From Urechidicola sp. (GTDB lineage: Bacteria; Pseudomonadota; Gammaproteobacteria; GCA-001735895): 40,034 nt of DNA. The notes below the pieces were generated by a model, which ran no database searches, was not told the DNA's origin, and saw nothing but the letters and a program-made list of their open reading frames with translations. The stretch covers positions 1 to 40,034 of the forward strand of contig JBLILW010000001.1 of the NCBI GenBank assembly GCA_047638435.1, given 5' to 3'. Each line of letters opens with the position of its first letter. Within the stretch, counting starts at the first letter, position 1. Both the position numbers and the translations under genes were made by a program. Positions 28,284 to 36,667 of this stretch are shown here, one piece after another.

Positions 28284-29168
28284 TTGAAATACACATTACG
28301 CCAACTTGAAGTTTTTTTGGCTACGGCTAGTCATAACAATATTAGTCGGGCTGCTGACCAGTTATTCATGACTCAATCGGCTGCCAGCAATGCGTTAAAG
28401 GGGCTTGAACAACATTACGATGTGATGTTGTTTGACCGTATTGGAAAAAGATTACAATTGAATGACCAAGGCAAGTTGATACGCCCACAGGCAGAAGCAC
28501 TATTGACGCAGGCCAGGGAGTTAGAACTACTACTCCAGCAACAAGCCGAGAATGGCCTGCTACAAGTGGGTGCAACATTGACGATTGGTAATTACCTGGC
28601 TGTAGACCTGGTGGCCGAATACACGCGTTTACACCCTGATTCTCAAATAAAGTTACAAGTTGAAAACACCGAAAGTATTGCAGCAAAAGTTATTAACTTC
28701 GAAATTGATATTGGACTCATAGAAGGTGAGATTAATCATCCTGAGCTCGATGTAACTCCCTGGCAAGATGACGAATTAATTGTTTTTTGCGCACCTGATC
28801 ATCCCTTGGCAGCCATTCAAAGGATAAATAATGAACATCTGCTGCAGGCACAATGGGTTCTACGTGAAAAAGGGTCGGGCACACGTCAGACTTTCGATCG
28901 AGCCATGCATGGCTTGTTACCTCAACTTGATATAAGCCTCGAACTGCAACACACGGAAGCTATAAAACGAGCGGTTGAATCTAAGTTGGGTATTGGTTGT
29001 CTGTCAAAGGTGGCTTTGCACGATGCCTTTGAAAAAGGTCGACTGTTGCCCCTGAAAACACCGACCCGAAATTTTAAACGGCAATTCTACTTTATCATTC
29101 ATCGCCAAAAATATCGTAGTGTCATTTTGAAACGTTGGTTAGAGCTATGTATTAATTCTTTAACATAG
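28284..29168 (+). CDS. finR: LysR-family regulator divergent from fpr (FinR-like arrangement)
   Basis: 294 aa. MKYTLRQLEVFLATASHNNISRAADQLFMTQSAASNALKGLE. In pseudomonads the LysR regulator FinR is divergent from fpr. TTG start is required to keep the conserved N-terminus. The symbol is assigned from synteny only. Confidence 0.7.
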   Translation: MKYTLRQLEVFLATASHNNISRAADQLFMTQSAASNALKGLEQHYDVMLFDRIGKRLQLNDQGKLIRPQAEALLTQARELELLLQQQAENGLLQVGATLTIGNYLAVDLVAEYTRLHPDSQIKLQVENTESIAAKVINFEIDIGLIEGEINHPELDVTPWQDDELIVFCAPDHPLAAIQRINNEHLLQAQWVLREKGSGTRQTFDRAMHGLLPQLDISLELQHTEAIKRAVESKLGIGCLSKVALHDAFEKGRLLPLKTPTRNFKRQFYFIIHRQKYRSVILKRWLELCINSLT

Positions 29169-29278
29169 TTTGTTAAAGCTCAACTATCGGGCATGGCTTT
29201 GCAGTACCATATAGCGACTAAATTTTGCGACACATATTTGCTACAATAGACACATATAAAAGAGAAGGTTAAAAGCCG

Positions 29279-29938
29279 ATGGTTTCAATAAATCTTTCTG
29301 TAAATGAAGTTCGTATTACTGGTTGTTTGATGGAAAAGTCGATCACAACACCCGATCAGTATCCACTGACATTGAATGCATTAACCAATGCCTGCAATCA
29401 AAAGTCGGCTCGTAGCCCAGTGATGACGTTAACGCAAGGCGTGGTGCAGCACACTGTTCGTGGTTTATCGGATAAACACTTGGTCAGAATCGAAGAAAAC
29501 TTTAGTCGAGGTATCGAAAAATACAGCCATCGGTTTTGTAATACTTCTTATAGCGAACTGCAGTTTGATGAAGCCCAGTATGCCATTGTCTGCCTGCTTT
29601 TATTGCGAGGCCCGCAAACTCCCGGCGAACTTCGCGCGCATAGCGGACGGTTACATGAGTTTGCTGATAACGCAGCCGTTGTCGAGGCATTGACGGGATT
29701 GATGACGCGTGATGATAATCTGTTGGTGGTTCAGTTACCCCGAACACCTGGGCGCAAAGATGCAGAATATATGCATTTATTTTCTGGCGTTATTGATGTC
29801 GAGGCCTATGTTGAAACGCTTCATACCAAAAAAAGCAGTGAACCCTCGTCACGATTGAGTCTGGCTGATCTGGCACAAAGATTAAGTGACCTGGAAGCAG
29901 AGGTCGCCGAGTTAAAACAGCAGCTTGGCGAGTCCTAA
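29279..29938 (+). CDS. yceH: DUF480 family protein YceH
   Basis: 219 aa. Collinear with E. coli YceH: GCLMEKSITTPDQYPLTLNAL, RFCNTSYSELQF, LLLRGPQTPGELR, YMHLFSG, and a C-terminal coiled coil LEAEVAELKQQL. Confidence 0.9.
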   Translation: MVSINLSVNEVRITGCLMEKSITTPDQYPLTLNALTNACNQKSARSPVMTLTQGVVQHTVRGLSDKHLVRIEENFSRGIEKYSHRFCNTSYSELQFDEAQYAIVCLLLLRGPQTPGELRAHSGRLHEFADNAAVVEALTGLMTRDDNLLVVQLPRTPGRKDAEYMHLFSGVIDVEAYVETLHTKKSSEPSSRLSLADLAQRLSDLEAEVAELKQQLGES

Positions 29939-30099
29939 TGGCTTTCGGCACTACTTACCATGCATTGTGTGGCGAACATGATATGGGGGAGTCTCACCGG
30001 GAATGTTTGGCGCGAATAGTTTCGACACTGGAAGGTGGCAATAACCTCAAAGCATTAGGCCGCAGTGTCGTGGCTAATGTTCATGGTTTTATAGGTTAA
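29938..30099 (+). CDS. Candidate small protein (53 aa), translationally coupled to yceH
   Basis: My translation is MAFGTTYHALCGEHDMGESHRECLARIVSTLEGGNNLKALGRSVVANVHGFIG. The ATG overlaps the yceH stop (TAATG). Below the 60-aa cut-off of the ORF track. No family recognised. Confidence 0.3.
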   Translation: MAFGTTYHALCGEHDMGESHRECLARIVSTLEGGNNLKALGRSVVANVHGFIG

Positions 30100-30108
30100 T
30101 CGGCATTG

Positions 30109-30903
30109 ATGAACATCAAATGGTTGCCCCTATATTTTACTGTCTTGCTCTTGCCTTTCGTTGGGCAGGCAAGTCAAGTGCCCAGCATTGCAGCTGCATC
30201 GAGCTTGCAGTTTGCTTTGCCTGAAGTGCTGGCTGAGTTTAAACAACAAACAGGGCATTCTGTGCGAGCTACTTTTGGCTCTTCTGGCAATTTTCGACGA
30301 CAGATTATTCAAGGCGCTTCATTCGAGCTGTTCCTGTCGGCCAATGAACTTTATGTTAACGCTTTAGTCGATCGGGGTTTGACGATTGATTCTGGTGTTA
30401 TCTATGTTCAAGGCCGTATTGCGCTAGTGGTGCCTAAAAATAGCCAGATTAAACCGGGTGATAATTTAAGCGGTTTAAGTCTGGCGCTCGACAACAATAA
30501 AATTACCCGCTTCGCGATTGCCAATCCCAATCATGCACCCTATGGCCGTGCGGCACGCGAGGCACTTAAAACATATGGACTCTGGAATGCGATTCAGTCT
30601 TTCATAGTGAAAGGAGAAAATGCATCCCAAGCTACTCAGTTCGCTGTTAGTGGGTCGACTCAGGGCGGTATTGTGCCTTATGCATTGGCGATATCTCCGA
30701 TTATTGCCGAATCGAATCAAGTGGTGTTAATTCCTCAATCTAGCCATCAGCCGATTGGACAGCGAATGGTCTTGCTCAAAGGTGCCGGTGACGTTGCCAG
30801 TCAGCTCTACGACTTTATTAACGGTGCTCGGGCACAGGCAATATTCACTCAGTTCGGATATGAAAGTCAGAGCTTGAGTCAGCCCCAGCCCATGAGTCAA
30901 TAA
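30109..30903 (+). CDS. modA: Molybdate ABC transporter substrate-binding protein
   Basis: Signal peptide MNIKWLPLYFTVLLLPFVGQA, then AAASSLQFALPEV...ATFGSSGNFRRQI, typical of ModA. The track starts at TTG 30106; the ATG at 30109 is preferred. Confidence 0.88.
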   Translation: MNIKWLPLYFTVLLLPFVGQASQVPSIAAASSLQFALPEVLAEFKQQTGHSVRATFGSSGNFRRQIIQGASFELFLSANELYVNALVDRGLTIDSGVIYVQGRIALVVPKNSQIKPGDNLSGLSLALDNNKITRFAIANPNHAPYGRAAREALKTYGLWNAIQSFIVKGENASQATQFAVSGSTQGGIVPYALAISPIIAESNQVVLIPQSSHQPIGQRMVLLKGAGDVASQLYDFINGARAQAIFTQFGYESQSLSQPQPMSQ

Positions 30904-30908
30904 CTGCG

Positions 30909-31574
30909 ATGGATACCACAGCATTAACGCTTTCATTAAAGCTGGCCTTCTGGACCTGCGTAATATTGTTCCCGGTGGCTATTTTCTTTGGCCGTTTACT
31001 CGCTTGGCGGCAGTTTGCCGGTAAAGCTTGGCTCGAAGCGTTGATTGCTTTACCCCTGGTATTACCTCCGACCGTATTGGGTTTTTACCTGTTATTGGGT
31101 ATGGGTGCGACTTCACCATTGGGTCAATTCTATTTTTCTCTTACCGGTCATCACCTAGTGTTCAGCTTCGATGGGTTGCTGGTGGCTTCAGTGATTTTTA
31201 ACCTGCCATTTGCGATTCAACCAATGCAGCGTGCCTTTGAAGCTATCCCAGCCAATATTCGTGAAGCCGCCTGGTGCTGTGGTTTGTCGCGGTTCGAGTC
31301 CTTGTGGCGTATCGAGTTACCGCTAGCATGGTCGGGCGCGATCTCCGCATTGGCGCTCACTTTTGCCCATACATTGGGTGAATTTGGTGTGGTGTTAATG
31401 GTGGGCGGTAGTATCGAAGGTGAGACTAAAACTATTGCTATTTCGATCTATGATCGAGTGCAGGCTTTCGACAATCACACCGCTGGCACCATGTCTGCTT
31501 TCTTACTGGTGTTTTCATTAGTCACCATTGGGTTTGTTTATCGTTTAACCTATCGACGTCGGCAGCAGCCGTGA
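30909..31574 (+). CDS. modB: Molybdate ABC transporter permease
   Basis: 221 aa. LPLVLPPTVLGFYLL and the EAA-loop region REAAWCCGLSRFESLWRIELPLA. Confidence 0.9.
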   Translation: MDTTALTLSLKLAFWTCVILFPVAIFFGRLLAWRQFAGKAWLEALIALPLVLPPTVLGFYLLLGMGATSPLGQFYFSLTGHHLVFSFDGLLVASVIFNLPFAIQPMQRAFEAIPANIREAAWCCGLSRFESLWRIELPLAWSGAISALALTFAHTLGEFGVVLMVGGSIEGETKTIAISIYDRVQAFDNHTAGTMSAFLLVFSLVTIGFVYRLTYRRRQQP

Positions 31575-32698
31575 TGAACAATACCAATCAAGCTAGCAAC
31601 GGTATTTCAATTAAAATTTCTCAACAGCAACCCATCCCGCTAGCGGTCGATATAGAGTGCCGAGCGGGCGAATTGCTGGCGTTGGTCGGGCCATCTGGTA
31701 GTGGTAAATCGACCATATTAAGAACCATTGCAGGCTTGCATCAGCCCCAGACTGGGTTTATTCGATGTGATGATGAAGTTTGGTTCGATGATCAGCAGTC
31801 TATTTCTATAGCTACGCAGAACCGCCACATCGGGTTTGTGTTTCAAGATTATGCGCTGTTTCCTCATTTAAGCGCATTGCAAAATGTAGTTATTGCTTTA
31901 GGTCATATTGACCGTAATGCACGGGATGCCAGAGCTAAAGTATTGCTTGCTCAGGTAAATCTCAAAGGGTTGGAGCATCGTATGTCGGACGACTTGTCAG
32001 GCGGTCAGCGTCAACGGGTCGCATTAGCAAGAGCGCTAGCGCGTGAGCCTAAAGTGTTACTGCTTGACGAACCTTTCTCGGCTGTCGACCAGATGACACG
32101 ACGCAAGCTACAACAGGAATTGGTGATTCTTCGGCGTAATATTAAAATTCCCATTTTACTCGTCACACACGACCTTGATGAAGCGGCCATGTTAGCCGAT
32201 CGACTGACCGTATTACATAAAGGAAAAACACTACAACATGGGGTGCCAGCCGAAATATTGCGTCATCCGGTAGACGCCTTAGTGGCCAGGTTGATGGGGC
32301 ATACAAATATTTTTTCAGCCACAATTGAAGGCCATTACCCAGAGCAAGGCCTCACTAGAATAGTCTGGTATGGATTATTATTAGAGCTTGAATTGAATAA
32401 ATCTTTTGTTATGGGTACGACCGTGGATTGGGTTATCCATCCAGCGCATATAATCATGCACCGACGCGGTAGACCCTCACACGGTGAGCGCGAAAACCCA
32501 GTGCACGGTATTGTCAAGGAGTTGCTTGTGCTAGGTGAGACATCAATAGTTAGTCTAAAGATTAAATGCGATGGTAATGTCTTTTTGAACTTTAAGATTA
32601 GTTCCCATAGTGCGAGCCGAAATAACCTTAAAGCAGGCGCAGAGGCCAGTGTCTCCTTACTGACAGAAGGCATTCACTTGATGCCACCCTATCAATAG
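31571..32698 (+). CDS. modC: Molybdate ABC transporter ATPase with C-terminal TOBE/Mop domain
   Basis: 375 aa. Walker A GPSGSGKST, signature LSGGQRQRVALARAL, Walker B LLLDEPFSAVD, and an extra C-terminal region of about 130 aa. Start overlaps the modB stop. Confidence 0.9.
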   Translation: MMNNTNQASNGISIKISQQQPIPLAVDIECRAGELLALVGPSGSGKSTILRTIAGLHQPQTGFIRCDDEVWFDDQQSISIATQNRHIGFVFQDYALFPHLSALQNVVIALGHIDRNARDARAKVLLAQVNLKGLEHRMSDDLSGGQRQRVALARALAREPKVLLLDEPFSAVDQMTRRKLQQELVILRRNIKIPILLVTHDLDEAAMLADRLTVLHKGKTLQHGVPAEILRHPVDALVARLMGHTNIFSATIEGHYPEQGLTRIVWYGLLLELELNKSFVMGTTVDWVIHPAHIIMHRRGRPSHGERENPVHGIVKELLVLGETSIVSLKIKCDGNVFLNFKISSHSASRNNLKAGAEASVSLLTEGIHLMPPYQ

Positions 32699-32717
32699 AT
32701 AGGTCTATATATTCCCT

Positions 32718-33185
32718 TTAATTTAGGTCGCCTAAACTTGCGGGCCGCCAACTAGCTGACTGCAACCGCCATTCGTCCCGTTTAACTAGTTCCAAATCAA
32801 ATCGATGAATACTGGCTCGCAAACTGGTGAGGGCGGTGATGCCCGATATTGGACTGCCAGCCATCGCAACGTGTACAGTAACGTGTGCTTTGTTTTCAGC
32901 TGGAAATTCAATCTCCCCGAGCTTAGTGAATAAAAATATCTTTTTATTTCGAAAGAAATAAAGCCGAACCAGTTTGATTAATTGGCTTTTGTTAAGCCCT
33001 TTTACGTCTAGAAAATTTGGGTCAATAAGCTCAGAAAAATCACTGGCCCTGCGATTTTCCGCGGCTTCAATTGTCCAATCAATCATTAACGCTATTTCGT
33101 CTTCTCTGGAGAGTGGATCTGTAGAGCAGGCATTAAATAGGAGCGTTAAGCTTAAAACGAGGGGTAGTGCGAATAGTCTAATCAT
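32718..33185 (-). CDS. Hypothetical small lipoprotein
   Basis: 155 aa. Signal peptide MIRLFALPLVLSLTLLFNAC with a Cys lipobox-like cleavage site. Lies downstream of sucD on the same strand. Confidence 0.6.
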   Translation of the reverse strand: MIRLFALPLVLSLTLLFNACSTDPLSREDEIALMIDWTIEAAENRRASDFSELIDPNFLDVKGLNKSQLIKLVRLYFFRNKKIFLFTKLGEIEFPAENKAHVTVHVAMAGSPISGITALTSLRASIHRFDLELVKRDEWRLQSASWRPASLGDLN

Positions 33186-33252
33186 TAATTAGCATGACAG
33201 AAGTGTCGAAGCAGACTACATTGTCGACCTCGACACTCTTCGATCTAAGCTA

Positions 33253-34125
33253 CTACCAACCAGTGGCCTGCTGAACGCCTTTGCCTAATTCGGCAGGTGA
33301 GCGAACAGTGTGTACACCGGCTTTTTCTAAGGCGGCAAACTTGTCCGCAGCGGTGCCTTTTCCTCCTGCAATAATGGCACCGGCATGACCCATACGCTTG
33401 CCTTTGGGGGCAGTTACACCAGCGATATATGACACAACCGGTTTGGTGACATTACTCTGGATGAATTCAGCCGCTTCTTCTTCTGCAGTGCCGCCAATTT
33501 CTCCAACCATCAAAATTGCTTTGGTGTCAGGATCGGCTTCAAACAAAATAAGCGCGTCGATAAAGTTGGTGCCAGGAATTGGGTCTCCACCTATGCCAAT
33601 ACAGGTACTTTGTCCATAGTTCAAGTCAGAGGTCTGTTTAACGCACTCATAAGTAAGTGTGCCAGAACGCGAGACAACTCCGACTTTACCTGCCATGTGC
33701 ATTGGCCCAGGCATGATACCAATTTTGCATTCATCTGGAGTGATAATGCCAGGACAATTGGGGCCAATGAGTCTAGCGCCACTCATTTCAACTGCAATCT
33801 TTGCCTCTAGCATGTCGAAGGTTGGAATGCCTTCGGTAATACAGACAATTAATTTAATGCCTGATTCAGCAGCTTCGATAATCGAATCTTTACAAAATGC
33901 GGCGGGCACATAAATGACAGTTGCATCTGCCTGAGTTGCATTGAAGGCATCGCGAACGGTATTGAAAACGGGTAGGTCAAGATGAGTTTGGCCGCCTTTG
34001 CCTGGCGTAACGCCACCAACCATTTTTGTGCCGTAAGCAATCGCCTGTTCGCTGTGAAAAGTACCTTGTTTACCGGTAAATCCCTGGCAGATAACTTTAG
34101 TGCCTTTATTAATTAAAACGCTCAT
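33253..34125 (-). CDS. sucD: Succinyl-CoA synthetase alpha subunit
   Basis: 290 aa. [33 protein letters not shown], the GHAGAII phosphohistidine loop, and SRSGTLTYE. Confidence 0.96.
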   Translation of the reverse strand: MSVLINKGTKVICQGFTGKQGTFHSEQAIAYGTKMVGGVTPGKGGQTHLDLPVFNTVRDAFNATQADATVIYVPAAFCKDSIIEAAESGIKLIVCITEGIPTFDMLEAKIAVEMSGARLIGPNCPGIITPDECKIGIMPGPMHMAGKVGVVSRSGTLTYECVKQTSDLNYGQSTCIGIGGDPIPGTNFIDALILFEADPDTKAILMVGEIGGTAEEEAAEFIQSNVTKPVVSYIAGVTAPKGKRMGHAGAIIAGGKGTAADKFAALEKAGVHTVRSPAELGKGVQQATGW

Positions 34126-35291
34126 TTTACTTCTCCTACTGCTGCTACTATTTTTGCGGCAGCTTCACCCAGGTCTTGAGCGGCAATTAGATTTAAATCA
34201 CTCGCATTTAATATCGCAGTGCCTTCAGTTGCTTTCGTACCTTCTAGTCGAACCACGATTGGAACCGATATATTCACTTCGGCAACGGCCGCGATAATGC
34301 CTTCGGCAATTAAATCGCAGCGCACGATACCGCCAAAAATATTGACCAAAATACCTTTTACCTTGTCATCAGATAAAATGATTTTGAGTGCTTCGGCCAC
34401 TCGCTCTTTAGTCGCACCGCCTCCTACGTCTAGGAAGTTGGCAGGCTTGCCACCCTTTAGCTGAATGATGTCCATTGTTGCCATTGCGAGTCCAGCACCA
34501 TTCACCATGCAACCTATTTCACCATCAAGGGCAACATAGTTTAGATCCCAGTCAGCAGCGCGGTTCTCTCGCTCATCTTCCTGACTTTTATCGCGCATTT
34601 CGACTAAATCGGGGTGGCGAAAAAGTGCATTGCTATCGATATTGATTTTGCCATCGAGACACAACAGGTCGCCGCTGCCAGTAATAACCAGTGGATTGAC
34701 TTCGACCAGAGCGATGTCTTTATCGACAACTAGTTGCCCAAGGCCTGTTAGTAATTTTGTAAACTGCTTTATCTGGCCGCCAATCAAACCTAAACCAAAG
34801 GCCAGTTCGCGACATTGGTATGGCATAACGCCTGTCATTGGGTTGATGATTGCTTTAAGGATTTTCTCTGGTGTTTCTTCGGCTACCTTTTCGATTTCTA
34901 CACCACCTTCGGTGGATGCCATGATCACTACGCGGCGTAGTGCGCGATCCAGAACAACACCTAAATAGAGTTCGTTGGCAATGTCACAGGTTTCTTCGAC
35001 GAGTACACGGTTAATCGGCTGGCCATTTGCATCTGTTTGGAAAGTCACTAGATTCGTACCCAACAAGGCACGAGTTACTTCACCAGCTTCCTCAGCCGAG
35101 TTGACAATTTTGACACCGCCAGCTTTGCCACGACCACCAGCATGAACCTGTGCTTTTACAATGACTCGATCGCCATTCAGCGACTTGGCCGCATCAACGG
35201 CTTCGTGGACAGAAAAAGCAACTTTTCCATTAGGCACAGCTATGCCGTAGTGACGGAATAGTTCTTTCGCCTGGTATTCGTGTAGATTCAT
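34122..35291 (-). CDS. sucC: Succinyl-CoA synthetase beta subunit
   Basis: 389 aa. [45 protein letters not shown]. Stop overlaps the sucD start. Confidence 0.96.
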   Translation of the reverse strand: MNLHEYQAKELFRHYGIAVPNGKVAFSVHEAVDAAKSLNGDRVIVKAQVHAGGRGKAGGVKIVNSAEEAGEVTRALLGTNLVTFQTDANGQPINRVLVEETCDIANELYLGVVLDRALRRVVIMASTEGGVEIEKVAEETPEKILKAIINPMTGVMPYQCRELAFGLGLIGGQIKQFTKLLTGLGQLVVDKDIALVEVNPLVITGSGDLLCLDGKINIDSNALFRHPDLVEMRDKSQEDERENRAADWDLNYVALDGEIGCMVNGAGLAMATMDIIQLKGGKPANFLDVGGGATKERVAEALKIILSDDKVKGILVNIFGGIVRCDLIAEGIIAAVAEVNISVPIVVRLEGTKATEGTAILNASDLNLIAAQDLGEAAAKIVAAVGEVK

Positions 35292-35653
35292 AAGAAATTC
35301 CTAGGGTTGGTGTTTGAAGAGTCAGGAGTGCTTTTATCTCTCGCGAAAAGCAATTCTAGCCTATTTAGCTAGCTGAACCGAAATAAAAAGGCACCATTTT
35401 CCCATTTGATTCGTTATATGCTTATTAATATACTAATATTAAAGTATTAAATAGAGTCACTGGCTTTTGATTTCTCGGTCCAATAAGCGTGACTTAACGA
35501 CATTAATGGTTGATAGGTTGCGAGGTATTTTCGGTCAAATGATTTCGCATTGATGTTCGGGTTGGAGTATTGAGTTGGTCGAGATTGGTGATTATATACA
35601 TATAGCTCTCGGTGTTTGACTTATAGATTGGTCAGGAACAGAGTGTTGGAACT

Positions 35654-35893
35654 ATGAATTCTAGACTAAAAGAATCGCTCCAAACTTGTCAGGGGTTAGA
35701 AATGTACTGCAGAGATTAAACACTCGACCGAGGTTCTCACAAGTTTCCCAATATTGGAACACAAACCCCAAGTCTGGGTTTACGCTTTCAGATAACGCGA
35801 AGGTATCATTATAGGATTATTTATCGGGTTACTGATAATGTGATCGAGATTAGGCAAATTTATCACCCAGGACAAAAACCACTTATAAGTTAA
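35654..35893 (+). pseudogene. Decayed ParE/RelE-superfamily toxin gene
   Basis: My translation ends ...FPNIGTQTPSLGLRFQITRRYHYRIIYRVTDNVIEIRQIYHPGQKPLIS*, and the YRIIYRV..D.IEI..I.H tail is characteristic of ParE/RelE. An in-frame TAA lies at 35717-35719, and the adjacent frame (NVLQRLNTRP) suggests an additional frameshift. No intact antitoxin ORF lies upstream. Confidence 0.5.
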
Positions 35894-36020
35894 GGAAAGT
35901 AGCGTAGAGGAAATTTATATAGGCTACGAAGAATCTTATTGCAATTTTTTTTTGATGAGGTCACAACACTCACTACTTGCCACTGCACCAAGACTATCTG
36001 GGCAAACTGAAGTGTTTAAC

Positions 36021-36049
36021 TGACGGTGCACAAATGCCGTGCACCGTCA
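36021..36049. terminator. Perfect 11-bp hairpin downstream of the cytochrome c gene
   Basis: TGACGGTGCAC (36021-36031) pairs with GTGCACCGTCA (36039-36049), 7-nt loop. There is no clean U-tract on the minus strand, so its role as a terminator is tentative. Confidence 0.4.
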
Positions 36050-36082
36050 TATTAGTTTGCTTCATTTAATGCTATAAGGAAT

Positions 36083-36667
36083 TTACTCGTAGTTAAAGAC
36101 ATCCGGCCTTGGATCAGAGATAAAACCATCTTTGTTCGGCATATCAATCATCGGCAGGCTTTTCGCATTTAGGCTCGCTGATCTATCAAATATATTAGCC
36201 TCACCAAGTACATAAGCTACTACCGCATAGACTTCGTCGTCGCTTAAAGACCCGGGTGCATTAAAAGGCATTGCCCGCTTAACATAATCAAAAACAGTTG
36301 AAGCATACGGCCAGTAACTTTCAACCGTTTTTTTAGGTTTGCCACTCGCAAGAGAACCCCTGCCACCAATTAATGCGGCGGCTCCTGTTCCTTTTACACC
36401 AGCAAGATCGGCACCATGACAGGCTAAGCATTTTGCAGTGTAAACCTCCTTGCCTGTTTGGTAATTACCGCTACCTGATGGTAAACCACGACCATCCGGC
36501 ATTGCGTCGATATCGATCATTGCTATATCGGCTGCACTTGCCGGAGTACCAAAGTTGTAGGGGCCTCCGTATCCAGAAGCTGCAGACGAGATAACTGGAA
36601 CTGCCCCTAAGATAAAAGACAGTGAAAGTGTACTCAAAAAAACCGAAATTTTAATATTGGTGAACAT
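36083..36667 (-). CDS. Monohaem cytochrome c subunit of sulfite dehydrogenase (SorB/SoxD-like)
   Basis: Single CLACHG haem motif and signal peptide MFTNIKISVFLSTLSLSFILGAVPVISSAA. I prefer the ATG at 36667 over the track start at 36712. Overlaps the end of the molybdoenzyme gene. Confidence 0.75.
   Translation of the reverse strand: MFTNIKISVFLSTLSLSFILGAVPVISSAASGYGGPYNFGTPASAADIAMIDIDAMPDGRGLPSGSGNYQTGKEVYTAKCLACHGADLAGVKGTGAAALIGGRGSLASGKPKKTVESYWPYASTVFDYVKRAMPFNAPGSLSDDEVYAVVAYVLGEANIFDRSASLNAKSLPMIDMPNKDGFISDPRPDVFNYE

Noticed and set aside
29990-30105. Molybdenum-cofactor (Moco) riboswitch or ModE operator upstream of modA.
   Set aside because: Only a CTGGAAGGTG stretch loosely recalls the Moco motif. 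No TATAT-N-TATAT ModE-type dyad is present. The region is fully occupied by a coupled small ORF. This needs a covariance-model search to settle.
31291-31301. GGTTCGAGTCC, a tRNA T-arm-like string.
   Set aside because: It lies inside the modB coding frame (..LSRFESLW..) and the flanks cannot form acceptor, D or anticodon arms.
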